Assembly (NCBI GenBank): GCA_026991575.1
Contig: JALXBF010000106.1
Coordinates: 1-55,623 of the forward strand
DNA length: 55,623 nucleotides
Source: Planctomycetota bacterium
Lineage (GTDB): Bacteria; Planctomycetota; Planctomycetia; JALXBF01
Direction of reading: 5' to 3'
A program made the translations under genes and the position numbers. This document shows positions 31,821-42,250 of the stretch, one piece after another. The stretch's first letter is position 1. Each line of letters starts with the position of its first letter. The notes below the pieces were generated by a model, which saw nothing but the letters and a program-made list of their open reading frames with translations, was not told the origin of the DNA and made no database searches.

Positions 31821-33629
31821 ATGGACGTCCCTCAGGACCGAATCCGCAACTTCTGCATCGTCGCGCACATTGACCACGGCAAGAGCACACTGGCCGACCA
31901 ACTCCTGCTCCAGACGGGCGCGATTTCGCTGCGCGAGTTCCGCGAGCAGGTGCTCGATGACATGGATCTGGAGCGAGAGCGGGGCATCACGATCAAGGCC
32001 AGTGCCGTGACACTCTATCCGGAGATTGACGGCGTCCGCTATGAGCTGAACCTGATCGACACCCCCGGCCACGTCGACTTCCACTACGAAGTGTCACGTG
32101 CGCTGGCCGCCTGCGAGGGTGCTGTGCTGTTAGTGGATGCAACCCAGGGCGTTCAGGCTCAGACGGTGGCCAACGCCTATGCTGCGCTAGAAGCGGATCT
32201 GGTCATTGTGCCCGCGATCAACAAGATTGACCTCGCGCAGGCCCGGCCTGAGGAGGTCGCCGAGGAGATGGATCAGACGCTGGGGATCAAGCCCGAGGAG
32301 ATCCTCTACACCAGCGGGCGGACGGGCCAGGGAGTTCCCGAACTGTTGCGGGCGATCGTCGACCGGGTACCGGCGCCGCAGGGTGATCCGAGCGCGCCGC
32401 TTCGTGCCCTCGTATTCGACTCGCAGTTTGACGAGTATCGCGGCGTGGTGCTGTACGTTCGTGTCAAGGAGGGCACGCTGCGCGTTGGCCAGTCGATCCG
32501 ACTGATGCAGGCAGAGCGAAACTACGAAGTGCTGGAACTGGGCAGGCTCAGACCGCGGCGCACCAAGTGCGACGTGCTCCGCGCCGGGCAGGTCGGCTAC
32601 GTCGTCGCCAACATCAAGGCGATCCAGGACGTGCACATCGGCGACACCATCACGGACGCCGAGCGCCCGGCGGCCCGGCCGCTGCCGGGCTACCGGCGTC
32701 CCAAGCCAATGGTATTCTGTGGCCTGTACCCCGCGCAGCAGACGGAGTTCGAGGACCTGCGCAAGGCGCTGGAACGGCTGGCGTTGAACGATTCGAGCTT
32801 TGTCTTTGAGCCGGAGACGTCCGAAGCACTCGGGTTCGGGTTCCGGTGCGGCTTCCTGGGCATGCTGCACATGGAAATCATCCAGCAGCGGCTCGAACGG
32901 GAAAGCGGCCTGCAGCTGGTGCAGACCGCGCCGACGGTGACCTACGAGGTCGAAACGACGCGCGGCGAGGTGCTGCACATCACTAGTCCCGCGAAGCTGC
33001 CCGACCCGAGCGTGATCCGGGAAATCCGGGAACCGATCGTGAAGGTTTCTTTCATTGTGCCCAGCGAATCAATCGGCGCCATCATGACGCTCTGCGCCGA
33101 TCGGCGCGGCCGCTACGTGCACACCGAGTACCTGGGCCCGGCCCGGGCGTTGCTCGAATATGAGCTCCCGCTGTCGGAGGTCATCTACGACCTGTACGAC
33201 CGCCTGAAGTCGGCCACGCGGGGTTACGGCACGATGGACTACGAGTTCGTAGGCTATCGTGCGTCGGACCTCGTCAAGCTCGATATCCTCGTAGCAGGAA
33301 AACGCGTCGACGCGTTGTCGATCATCGTACACCGCAGTCAGGCCCAACGCCGTGGCCGAGCGTTGGTTAAGAAGCTGCGGGAGGAGATCGACCGGCATCA
33401 GTTCGAGGTGGTGATCCAGGCGGCGATTGGCAGTCGGGTCATAGCCCGCGAGAGCATCCCGGCGCTGCGCAAGAACGTCACGGCGAAGTGCTACGGCGGC
33501 GACATCACACGGAAGCGGAAACTGTGGGCGAAGCAGCGTGAGGGCAAGAAACGGCTCAAGCAGATCGGTCGCGTGGAAATCCCACAGGAAGCGTTTCTTG
33601 CCGTGCTCCGCGCCGACGAGGATCGCTAG
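31821..33629 (+). CDS. lepA: Elongation factor 4 (LepA)
   Basis: IRNFCIVAHIDHGKSTLAD, ERERGITIK, GFRCGFLGMLH and RKNVTAKCYGGDITRKRKL. Confidence 0.98.
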   Translation: MDVPQDRIRNFCIVAHIDHGKSTLADQLLLQTGAISLREFREQVLDDMDLERERGITIKASAVTLYPEIDGVRYELNLIDTPGHVDFHYEVSRALAACEGAVLLVDATQGVQAQTVANAYAALEADLVIVPAINKIDLAQARPEEVAEEMDQTLGIKPEEILYTSGRTGQGVPELLRAIVDRVPAPQGDPSAPLRALVFDSQFDEYRGVVLYVRVKEGTLRVGQSIRLMQAERNYEVLELGRLRPRRTKCDVLRAGQVGYVVANIKAIQDVHIGDTITDAERPAARPLPGYRRPKPMVFCGLYPAQQTEFEDLRKALERLALNDSSFVFEPETSEALGFGFRCGFLGMLHMEIIQQRLERESGLQLVQTAPTVTYEVETTRGEVLHITSPAKLPDPSVIREIREPIVKVSFIVPSESIGAIMTLCADRRGRYVHTEYLGPARALLEYELPLSEVIYDLYDRLKSATRGYGTMDYEFVGYRASDLVKLDILVAGKRVDALSIIVHRSQAQRRGRALVKKLREEIDRHQFEVVIQAAIGSRVIARESIPALRKNVTAKCYGGDITRKRKLWAKQREGKKRLKQIGRVEIPQEAFLAVLRADEDR

Positions 33630-33653
33630 CGAGAACGTTCTGGACAAGCCCCG

Positions 33654-35468
33654 ATGAGTGGTTACAGCGGATCAAGAGCAAACGAGCAGGGTACCTCGGG
33701 ACCGTCACTGCTGGAGAAGCTGCGCCGCGTGCAGAAGACCGACCGGGACACTTCGGCGCGCGAGGAGGTGCAGGCCGGCGGCGCCCGCGAGTTCATCGAG
33801 AGCGTGGTGATCGCGCTGGTGCTGGCCTTCCTATTCCGCACCTACGAAGCCGAAGCATTCGTCATCCCCACCGGCTCCATGGCCCCCACCCTGATGGGCC
33901 GTCACCGGGACGTGGTCTGTAACCAGTGCGGCTTCCCGTACCAGGTTAGCGCCAGTGAGGAGGTAGGCGAGTACGGCAACCTGCTGCATCCGAGTTTCTG
34001 GATCGCCTACAGCCGCTGCCCCAACTGTCAGTTCGTCAACGACATTCGCAACAGCCAGCCGTTCAACGGCGACCGCATCCTGGTCTTTAAGTTCCCCTAC
34101 GACCTGGGCTGGCTGCTGCCCGAGCGGGCTGCTCGGCCGCAGCGTTGGGACGTGATCGTGTTCAAGTACCCTGAGGAGCCCGAGACGAACTACATCAAAC
34201 GGCTGGTGGTGCTGCCGGGTGAGCAGCCGGCCATCTACAACGGCGATGTTTATGTACGCCGAAGCGAAGGGGACCCGTACCGGATTCTGCGGAAACCACC
34301 GCACAAGATCCGGGCGATGCGTCAGGTCGTCTACGACAATAACTACATCCCTGCCGATTGGATCCGTCGCAACTGGCCGCTTCGCTGGCAACTGGAGCCC
34401 CCTTCCGCAGGGGAGATGTTCGACAACGGGAGGCGTTTCCGCGTGGTTGCAACGGGAGAGCGGAACACGGCCACGTTGCGGTACCATCACCTCACAACCG
34501 TGCGGACAACTGCCGAAGACCCCGAGCCGCCCAAGCACAGGCTGGTGCTGGACGAGTACGGCTACGACAACGGGCTGACAACCGGCCAGTTCATGGGCGG
34601 CCACATGCGACACCTGCGGCAGCACTGGGTGCCTGACCTCGGACTGGCCGCCACCGTGACGCTGCCGGAGATCCGCGGTAGCTTTGCGATCGAGATCGTC
34701 AAAGCGGGCGAGCGGTTCACCTGCACGTTTGACCTCGACAGTGGCGCCGCCCTCTTGCGCCGCGGCGACCGCGAGTTAGGCAGGGCCGAACACGGCATCA
34801 GCAAGCCGGGCAGCTGGCCGGTAGAAATGTACAACTTCGACTCGCAGCTAACCGTCATCGTGGACGGTAAGCCGATTTTCGGGGATGGGGTCCCGTATGA
34901 CGGCATCGGGCTGACGCCGGTGAAGCCGCCCACCCAATCAGACACGACACCGGTTGCACTCCATTTCCGTGGTTGTGAAGCTGAAATCACGGACCTCGTG
35001 GTCTACCGCGACATCTACTACACGCACGGCGACGGCTACGATGCGGCCTGGGAGTTGACCGACGAAGAGGCAGGAGACCCAGCCGAGTGGCACCGGCTCG
35101 CAGCCGTCGAACCGCGTGAATTTCCTCGCCTGGGCCCGGACGAATTCATGATGCTCGGTGACAACAGCCCCAAGAGCAAGGACAGCCGCGCATGGCTGGA
35201 GGGTGCCGAGGCGTGGCTCGGCTCGCTCCCGGACATGGATCAGTACAGTCTCGAACAGCGGCGGCAGATCGTGGCCGAGCGGCGGGGTGGTGAGGTGGTT
35301 TCGGCACGGAACTTCTTCGTGCACCGCCGCCTGCTGGTAGGCAGGGCGTTCTTCATCTACTGGCCACACGGCAAACCGTTCCGATGGTCGATCCCGTTGG
35401 GTAGCCACCCCGGCGCGGTTCGGATCCCGTTCTATCCTCAGATCAGCCGCATGCGGTTCATTCGGTAA
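33654..35468 (+). CDS. lepB: Signal peptidase I (long form with Cys-rich and large insert domains)
   Basis: IPTGSMAPTL (Ser), GDRILV.K, YIKRL (Lys) and MLGDNSPKSKDSR; lies directly downstream of lepA. Confidence 0.9.
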   Translation: MSGYSGSRANEQGTSGPSLLEKLRRVQKTDRDTSAREEVQAGGAREFIESVVIALVLAFLFRTYEAEAFVIPTGSMAPTLMGRHRDVVCNQCGFPYQVSASEEVGEYGNLLHPSFWIAYSRCPNCQFVNDIRNSQPFNGDRILVFKFPYDLGWLLPERAARPQRWDVIVFKYPEEPETNYIKRLVVLPGEQPAIYNGDVYVRRSEGDPYRILRKPPHKIRAMRQVVYDNNYIPADWIRRNWPLRWQLEPPSAGEMFDNGRRFRVVATGERNTATLRYHHLTTVRTTAEDPEPPKHRLVLDEYGYDNGLTTGQFMGGHMRHLRQHWVPDLGLAATVTLPEIRGSFAIEIVKAGERFTCTFDLDSGAALLRRGDRELGRAEHGISKPGSWPVEMYNFDSQLTVIVDGKPIFGDGVPYDGIGLTPVKPPTQSDTTPVALHFRGCEAEITDLVVYRDIYYTHGDGYDAAWELTDEEAGDPAEWHRLAAVEPREFPRLGPDEFMMLGDNSPKSKDSRAWLEGAEAWLGSLPDMDQYSLEQRRQIVAERRGGEVVSARNFFVHRRLLVGRAFFIYWPHGKPFRWSIPLGSHPGAVRIPFYPQISRMRFIR

Positions 35469-37902
35469 TCCGATCGCGACCGCTCCGAGCAAACGGCACG
35501 GGGGCCACCAGCGCAGCCAGGACCAACAGCCCGAGTGAGGAGAGAGCCAGACCGGGGAGCAGCAGAGGGGGACGGTAGCGTACCACGACTTCATGCTGGC
35601 CTGGCTCTAAGTCGACGGCCACCTGCCCCCAGTAGTTCAGCCGGATGGCCGCCGGTTTTCCGTTGACTTCGGCCGTCATACCGGGTGCCCACGGTTCGGC
35701 AAGCTCCAGACGCGCCGGGATCGGACACTGCACCGAAATCCGCCAGCGTCCGGCCCGACCGGCGCGATCACGCTCATACGTCACCCGCACTTCTTTACCC
35801 CCGGGCAAGACCGTCCCGTCCACGATGGCAATCGCTGCCGAGCTGAATCCCGTGTACTGGGGGCTGCTGTACAGGCGAACGCGCGGAGCGGGCTGCAGGC
35901 GGCGCAGGACCGTGACCTGGCTCAAGGCGAGCGCCTCCGTCGCAAAGAGCCGCGTCTGATACCAGCCGGGCCGCTCCGGAAATCGGCGCTCCAGCCACTC
36001 GGGCGTCACGAGCAGCAAGTGCACCGCCCATGCATCCAGTGCCCGGTTGCTCCACGTAACCCGCGTCAGGGCCAGATCCCGATCGTACCAGGCGAACATG
36101 GCTTCTGGTGGCGCGCCCCCCGCTTCCAGTAAGGGCGCCGTCACGTGCTTGAACTGAAAGGCGTCGTAACCGGTGAGCTTCTCCAACCCGACCAGGACCG
36201 CGTCCGTGTCCGGCACATACGACGGCAGAGCCAGCACCCGGCACGGCTGCTCGGGGCAGTCGCGCAGCCGAACCTTGAACCGGTCCGCGGTCGTCAGCGT
36301 CAGCGCCTTGGCTCGCGGCAGCACCGGCAGCAGGTGGGTCGCCAGCGCAATCGTCTGCTGAATCAACAGGACCTGCACGGCAAGCCAGCAGCCGCCGGTT
36401 ATTGCGGGGATTGCCACTGCCGTACTCCGCAACACGGCCACCGTCACGGCGCTGACGGCCACGACCACGCCGACCAGACCAAGTACTGTCACGAAGTAGT
36501 CCAGCACTGTGAGCGATTGCTGCTCGATCGAACGTAGCGGATCGACGCCGCAGTGCTGGGGCCACGTCAACGCCAGCACACCGCCAATGGTCCATGCCAC
36601 CAGGGCAGGTACGACGAGCCGGTTTGCCCCCCCCAGCCGCTCGCTCAGTCGCAACCGCTCCGTTAGCCACCACACGCCTGCCGCGATAAGCACAGGAATC
36701 AGCGCGCCAAACCAGAACAGCATACGGCCCGGAGCGCGGAAGAGCGCCACCCCGGGCAAAAACTCGTACAGCACCTCAAAAAGCCGCCCTTCCTTGCCCA
36801 ACGCGAACCACACGGCAAACACGCACAGCAACAGGGCGCGCCGCAGACCACGGTGCCGCAGCCCCGTGATCGCACCGAGCACCGCGAACACGGCGGCAAC
36901 CAATCCGAGCCCCAGGTTTGCCTCCCAGTAGTTCCACGGGCCGCGGTAGTTGTCGTGTGCAGAGCAGCCAAGTGAGAGCGGCAGGACGAGCTGGACCAGA
37001 TTCTGCAACGACGTCGAAAAGCTCCACGCCAGGCGTAGTGGCAGCGCCCCTGAACGAACCGTGTACGGCAAGGTGGCCAGCTGGGGCAACAGCTGAGCCG
37101 CCGCAATTGCCACGGCCAGAACTGCCGCCGTTGCCAGCAGTATGACGTGGGTCGCAAGCCAGCGGATCCCGCGCCGAGCGATCCCCCGGACGGTATCTAC
37201 CACAACGAGCAGGCCCAGGCCGAGCGCCGCGTAGTAAACCTCCTGACCGTGACCGGCGAGAAGACACAGGGCCGCGAACAGCGCAAGCAGACCGACACTG
37301 CGTCGCCGTGAGCCCGTGCGGTCCACCACCCGTTCGTATGCCCACAACAGCCATGGATACCAGGTCGCCGATGACACATGCGGCAGGTGGCCTTCCTGGA
37401 CATGGCCGGCATAGTAGGGGGCAGCCGCAGCCAACACGCCCGCCAGCAAGGCCATAAGAAACGGCAGGCCGTAGTGGAGCGCCACGACATAGACGCCGAC
37501 GGCCAGCAGCCAGGTGTGTAGCGCCATGTTCCAGCTGAACACTGCCGGCCCAGGGCTCAACGCAAACAGCCATGTACCCGGGTAGAAGACCGCCGTCTGC
37601 GGGTTGGCAATCACGGGGCGGCCGGCAAAGGCGTGTGGGTCCCAGTTGGGCAGGTGGCCACTGCGGAGCTCTTCACCGACCAGCACCCGCTGGCCCAGGT
37701 ACTGCCGGAGCGCGTCGTTGTTGCGGCCCACTGGCGGATGGATTAGCCCCCCGGGCGTGAGCAGGAGGTTCTTGTAGCAGACCAATGTCGCGGTGGCCAG
37801 GACAGCAACGGCCAGCCAATGGCGAGCACCTTGGCGCGGGTGCGGCTCGGTGGTGGCAGCCATCGTCAGCAACGATTCCTGACCGCCCAGGCGGTGTGTC
37901 AC
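35458..37902 (-). CDS. YfhO-family polytopic membrane glycosyltransferase (GT-C)
   Basis: PNWDPHAFAGRP..ANPQ.AVFYP, FRAPGR, and C-terminal PG..A.VNGK...V.L.PG.HEV..RYRP motif; many TM helices. Start overlaps the metG stop (alternative ATG 37863). Confidence 0.75.
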   Translation of the reverse strand: MTHRLGGQESLLTMAATTEPHPRQGARHWLAVAVLATATLVCYKNLLLTPGGLIHPPVGRNNDALRQYLGQRVLVGEELRSGHLPNWDPHAFAGRPVIANPQTAVFYPGTWLFALSPGPAVFSWNMALHTWLLAVGVYVVALHYGLPFLMALLAGVLAAAAPYYAGHVQEGHLPHVSSATWYPWLLWAYERVVDRTGSRRRSVGLLALFAALCLLAGHGQEVYYAALGLGLLVVVDTVRGIARRGIRWLATHVILLATAAVLAVAIAAAQLLPQLATLPYTVRSGALPLRLAWSFSTSLQNLVQLVLPLSLGCSAHDNYRGPWNYWEANLGLGLVAAVFAVLGAITGLRHRGLRRALLLCVFAVWFALGKEGRLFEVLYEFLPGVALFRAPGRMLFWFGALIPVLIAAGVWWLTERLRLSERLGGANRLVVPALVAWTIGGVLALTWPQHCGVDPLRSIEQQSLTVLDYFVTVLGLVGVVVAVSAVTVAVLRSTAVAIPAITGGCWLAVQVLLIQQTIALATHLLPVLPRAKALTLTTADRFKVRLRDCPEQPCRVLALPSYVPDTDAVLVGLEKLTGYDAFQFKHVTAPLLEAGGAPPEAMFAWYDRDLALTRVTWSNRALDAWAVHLLLVTPEWLERRFPERPGWYQTRLFATEALALSQVTVLRRLQPAPRVRLYSSPQYTGFSSAAIAIVDGTVLPGGKEVRVTYERDRAGRAGRWRISVQCPIPARLELAEPWAPGMTAEVNGKPAAIRLNYWGQVAVDLEPGQHEVVVRYRPPLLLPGLALSSLGLLVLAALVAPVPFARSGRDRITE

Positions 37903-39446
37903 TGGATGCGCGGAAACAGGGGACGGACCCGGCCCTTCTCGGTTGGAGCGGTTACCTTCAGATCCATAGCCAGCGGACCGGTCCGAGCGGCCATGTCCCA
38001 GTGGATGTCGGCAAAGGCCGGCGTAAAGTTGAATGCCGTATACAGCTTCTGGGCTGTCTGGGGCATGAACGGTGCGATGTACACGGCCGCGGTGCGCAGC
38101 GTACTGGCCAGATTTGCCAGGACTTCCTTACAGCGGTCCCGGTCGGTCTTGGCTAGTTCAAATGGCTTCGTGCGATCCACGTACCGGTTTGCTCGGTCCA
38201 GGATCCCTTCCCAGATCATGGCCAGAGCCATGTGGTACTCGCATGCAGCCATCCTGGCGGTCAGCTCACGGTGAAACGCCTCTAGGTCCAGATCGCCCAA
38301 GACCTCCTGCGGCACCAGCCCTGCGGTTCCTTCAAGGTTCCCCTCGAAGTACCGCAGGCACATGCTGAGAGTTCGACTGTAGAGGTTGCCCAGGTTGTTG
38401 GCGAGGTCTGAGTTGTACACGGAGACGAACTGGTCGAAGCTGAACTCGCCGTCGCCTGTGAACGGGCACAGGCGCAGCAGAACATAGCGGAATGCGTCCG
38501 CACCGAACTGGCCGACCAGGTCCATCGGATCGACGACGTTCCCTAACGACTTCGACATCTTGGCTCCTTTGATGAGCACGAAGCCATGCACTTGAACGCG
38601 GTGCGGCAACTCCAGACCGGCGGCCATGAGCATGGCAGGCCACAGGGCACAGTGAAACCGCGTAATGTCCTTTCCGATCACGTGCATCTCCGCCGGCCAC
38701 CAGCGCCGGAACTTCGCCTCGTCCGTGCCGTAGCCGATGCCGGTGATGTAGTTCAGCAGAGCGTCGAACCAGACATAGATCCGCTGCTGCGGGTCGAACG
38801 GCACCGGGATACCCCAGTCGAGGTTCTGGCGGGTGATCGAGATATCTTCCAGGCCGGACTCGACCAGCGCCACCACCTCGTTGCGTCTCGACTCGGGCTG
38901 GATGAACTCCGGATTGTCCCGGTACAGCTTCAGGAGCCGGTCCTGAAATCGGGACAGCGCGAAGAAGTAGTTCTCCTCGCGCACGGTCTTCAGTTCAAGT
39001 TGCGGATGCTGCTCACACCTGCCGTCAACTAGGTCCTTTGCTGTCTTGAACGCCTCACATCCCTCGCAATAGATGCCCTCGTACGCCTTGCGGTAGATGT
39101 AGCCGGCGTCGTGGACGATCTGGATGAACTTCTGGCAGCCGGTCCAGTGCCGCGGCTCGCTGGTCTGGATGAACTCGTCGTTGGAGATGTTCAAGTCGCG
39201 CCAGGCAGCCTTGAACACCTCGGCCATCTGGTCAACATAGCTCTTCGGATCGAGGCCGAGCTCGGCAGCACGACGCGATACCTTCACCGTGTTCTCGTCG
39301 TTGCCGATCAGGAAAAACGTCGGTTGGCCAAGCATGCGGCGGAAACGGGCCTGCACGTCTGCCCCGATCTTCTCGAACGCATGACCGATGTGCGGCTTAT
39401 TGTTCGGGTAGTCGATCGCTGTCGTGATGTAGAACTTTTCGGCCAT
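37899..39446 (-). CDS. metG: Methionine--tRNA ligase (short form, no C-terminal EMAP domain)
   Basis: FYITTAIDY, HIGH, YCEGCE, YVWFDALLNY, GKDITRFH and KMSKSLGN. Confidence 0.95.
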   Translation of the reverse strand: MAEKFYITTAIDYPNNKPHIGHAFEKIGADVQARFRRMLGQPTFFLIGNDENTVKVSRRAAELGLDPKSYVDQMAEVFKAAWRDLNISNDEFIQTSEPRHWTGCQKFIQIVHDAGYIYRKAYEGIYCEGCEAFKTAKDLVDGRCEQHPQLELKTVREENYFFALSRFQDRLLKLYRDNPEFIQPESRRNEVVALVESGLEDISITRQNLDWGIPVPFDPQQRIYVWFDALLNYITGIGYGTDEAKFRRWWPAEMHVIGKDITRFHCALWPAMLMAAGLELPHRVQVHGFVLIKGAKMSKSLGNVVDPMDLVGQFGADAFRYVLLRLCPFTGDGEFSFDQFVSVYNSDLANNLGNLYSRTLSMCLRYFEGNLEGTAGLVPQEVLGDLDLEAFHRELTARMAACEYHMALAMIWEGILDRANRYVDRTKPFELAKTDRDRCKEVLANLASTLRTAAVYIAPFMPQTAQKLYTAFNFTPAFADIHWDMAARTGPLAMDLKVTAPTEKGRVRPLFPRIQ

Positions 39447-39556
39447 TGGCTCTCCGTCCTGCCGTCACCCGTGCACCGATCCTATCCATGGTATGCCGCC
39501 GTCGGCAGGCTTGGCGGGCTAGAATTCCGCGAACCGAGCTAGCTGGAGTATGGCAC

Positions 39557-40750
39557 GTGGGTCGGAAGCACCGCAAGGGCAAGAAGAAGATCCGGGTCTC
39601 GTTCCGCAAGAAGAAGGAACAGAAGGGCCCCCGCGAGGACTGGACCCGAAAGTACAAGGAGCTTGGCGACGACGTCGGCGACGTGCCGACCTGGGAGACG
39701 GTGCGAGCCAAGGGGGAGCGGTCGCGGCGACGCACGATCATCGTCGACGCCGACGCCGACCTGGACCAGGAAACCGCACCGCTGGCGCAGGCGACCGATG
39801 AGAAGGGTACCTGGATCAGGGGCCGGGTGCTGGAGGTTATCGGCGCGCGGGCGCTGGTAGAGGGGGAGGACGGCCAGGTCTACGTCTGTGCCGTCAGCGG
39901 CGTGCTGCGGAGCGTGGCCATCGACGAGCGGAGCTCTGTGGTGGCCGGCGACCTGGTAGCCGTGCGACTGGCCGAAGGGGCAGTCTCCGGTCCAGACATC
40001 CGCGAACCCCAGGGCATGATCGAGCGGGTCGAGCCCCGCCGGACCATGCTCACGCGAGCCTACCGCGGCAAGGAGCAGGTGGTCGCGGCCAACGTCGATC
40101 AGGTGGTCGTCGTGGTGACACCGGCCGACCCACCCCTGAAACTCAACCTGCTGGATCGCTACCTCGTGGCCGCCGGTCAGGGGAATCTGGACGCGGTCAT
40201 CTGTCTGAACAAGGTCGACCTCGCAGAGTTGGACGAGTTCGTGAGCATCCTGGGGCTCTACGCGCAGCTTGGCTATCAGACCGTAGCGACCAGCGCCACC
40301 ACCGGCTTTGGACTCGAACGACTCAAGCACCTCTTGTCTGGCAAGATCAGTGTGCTGGCCGGCCAGAGCGGCGTCGGGAAATCCTCGCTCATCAACGCCC
40401 TCCAGCCCGGCCTGAACCTGCGCACCCGCGAGGTGAGCAAAGCAACGGGCCACGGTCGACACACGACCACCGTCACCCGCCTGTACAAGTGGCACTTTGG
40501 CGGCTGGGTGGTGGACACGCCGGGCATTCGCCAGTTCAGCCTCTGGAACGTCAAACCCGAGGAGCTCGAAGGGTACTTCGTGGAGTTCCGGCCCTACGTG
40601 CCGTACTGTCGCTTTCCCAGCTGCACGCACACCCATGAACAAGGTTGTGCCGTGAAACGAGCCGTGGCGCGCGGTGAGATCGACGCCGCACGCTACCAGC
40701 GCTACTGCAACCTCTATTTCGGTGAAGAAGAGAAGTTCGAAGAGGAGTAA
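39557..40750 (+). CDS. rsgA: Ribosome small subunit-dependent GTPase A
   Basis: AANVDQ, NKVDL, GQSGVGKSSLIN, GRHTTT, DTPGIR and the CRFPSCTHTHEQGCAV Zn site. GTG 39557 follows GGAG. Confidence 0.93.
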   Translation: MGRKHRKGKKKIRVSFRKKKEQKGPREDWTRKYKELGDDVGDVPTWETVRAKGERSRRRTIIVDADADLDQETAPLAQATDEKGTWIRGRVLEVIGARALVEGEDGQVYVCAVSGVLRSVAIDERSSVVAGDLVAVRLAEGAVSGPDIREPQGMIERVEPRRTMLTRAYRGKEQVVAANVDQVVVVVTPADPPLKLNLLDRYLVAAGQGNLDAVICLNKVDLAELDEFVSILGLYAQLGYQTVATSATTGFGLERLKHLLSGKISVLAGQSGVGKSSLINALQPGLNLRTREVSKATGHGRHTTTVTRLYKWHFGGWVVDTPGIRQFSLWNVKPEELEGYFVEFRPYVPYCRFPSCTHTHEQGCAVKRAVARGEIDAARYQRYCNLYFGEEEKFEEE

Positions 40751-40800
40751 TCCCGGAAGCTTGCGCGCTCGCTGCTCGCACACGCCGCGACAACCGCACC

Positions 40801-41922
40801 ATGAACCCGATCTCACGAAAGCTGCTAGGCCTCGGCCTGAACTGGCTGCTGCTGCTTATCCCGGTCGCTCTGGTGCTGGAAGTCGGCCACAAGCTTGGCT
40901 ACGACTGGGCCAGCCCGACGGCGATTTTCGTCACCAGCGCGGTGGCCATCATCCCACTGGCCGGATGGATGGGACGCGCCACCGAGCACCTGGCCTCGCG
41001 ACTGGGCGAAGGGGTTGGCGGCCTGTTGAACGCCACGCTTGGCAACGCAGCGGAAGCAATCATCGCGCTGGTGGCCCTCTGGGAGGCGACCGATCCGGAA
41101 AAGCAGGAGCTGATGCATGGCATCGTCAAAGCCTCTCTGACCGGATCGATCATCGGGAACATCCTCTTGGTGCTGGGCCTGGCACTGCTTGTCGGCGGGC
41201 TTCGGCATCAGGTCCAGCGGTTCAACGTCACCGCGGCTCGAGCCAATTCGACCCTGTTGACCATCGCCGTTGCGGCATTCCTGTTGCCGGCGCTGCTGTC
41301 CTACATCGTGCCCTCCAGTGCCGAAGCGATCGATGCGCTCAGCGTCGAGATCTCACTCTTGTTACTCGTTGCCTACGGGCTCAGCCTCACCTTCTCGCTC
41401 GTGACGCATCGGCACCTCTACGAAGGGGCCGCCGCCGAAGAACACGGCCACGAGCAGGCATGGCCGGTAGCCAAAGCGATCGGGGTACTCGTGGCCACGA
41501 CCGTGGGCATCGCCTTCCTGGCCGAGTGGATGGTTGGGTCCGTGCAGGAAGCCGCTCACACGTTCGGCCTCAGCGACGTGTTTGTCGGTGTGATCATCGT
41601 CGCTGTTGTCGGCAACGCCGCCGAGCACAGCACCGCCGTGCTGGTGGCCGCGCGGAACCGGATGGACCTGAGCCTGGCCATCGCCGCCGGTTCTTCCATT
41701 CAGATCGCCATTTTCGTGGCGCCGGCACTCGTGTTGCTGAGCCACGCCTTTGGCGCCCCGATGGACTTCGTGTTCACGGTCCCCGAAATCGTGGCCGTGG
41801 CTCTGTCGGTATGGGTCGTGGACCAGATATCCGGCGACGGCCAGAGCAACTGGCTCGAAGGCGCCATGCTGCTGGTCGTGTACGCGTTGATCGCGCTGCT
41901 GTTCTACCACCTGCCGCAGTAG
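40801..41922 (+). CDS. Calcium/proton exchanger (CAX/ChaA family)
   Basis: Alpha-repeat motifs [31 protein letters not shown] and GSSIQIA. Confidence 0.92.
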   Translation: MNPISRKLLGLGLNWLLLLIPVALVLEVGHKLGYDWASPTAIFVTSAVAIIPLAGWMGRATEHLASRLGEGVGGLLNATLGNAAEAIIALVALWEATDPEKQELMHGIVKASLTGSIIGNILLVLGLALLVGGLRHQVQRFNVTAARANSTLLTIAVAAFLLPALLSYIVPSSAEAIDALSVEISLLLLVAYGLSLTFSLVTHRHLYEGAAAEEHGHEQAWPVAKAIGVLVATTVGIAFLAEWMVGSVQEAAHTFGLSDVFVGVIIVAVVGNAAEHSTAVLVAARNRMDLSLAIAAGSSIQIAIFVAPALVLLSHAFGAPMDFVFTVPEIVAVALSVWVVDQISGDGQSNWLEGAMLLVVYALIALLFYHLPQ

Positions 41923-42163
41923 CCCGTCTTGTAGGCTTCACAGGTCAAGCAGCGATTGCGGTTGCCAGAGATCGTGCGCCGTACAAACGCGGCCTCCCGA
42001 CACACCGAGTCGCTCCCTTCCGGCCGTCCGCCCGCCGTTGCCGACGACATGGGAAGCGCCCGGCGAACTGGGGGTCAGCGGTAGAATGGGCAAGCGAGGA
42101 GTTTCCGGACGATGTACCCAGGTGCATGGGTGCCGCGTGTCAGGGGTAGAATAGGTGGGCTGA

Positions 42164-42250
42164 GGAGAGGTGCCAGAGCGGCCGATTGGGCCGGTTTTGA
42201 AAACCGGTGACCCCGCAAGGGGTCCGTGGGTTCGAATCCCACCCTCTCCG
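42164..42250 (+). tRNA. tRNA-Ser (TGA)
   Basis: Acceptor stem GGAGAGG/CCTCTCC, anticodon arm CCGGT-TTTGAAA-ACCGG, long variable arm ACCCC-GCAA-GGGGT, T-loop GGTTCGAATCC; CCA not encoded. Confidence 0.97.

Noticed and set aside
22411..42250. Genomic island bounded by the two tRNAs
   Set aside because: No integrase and no att duplication seen, and the interval holds core genes (lepA, lepB, metG, rsgA).
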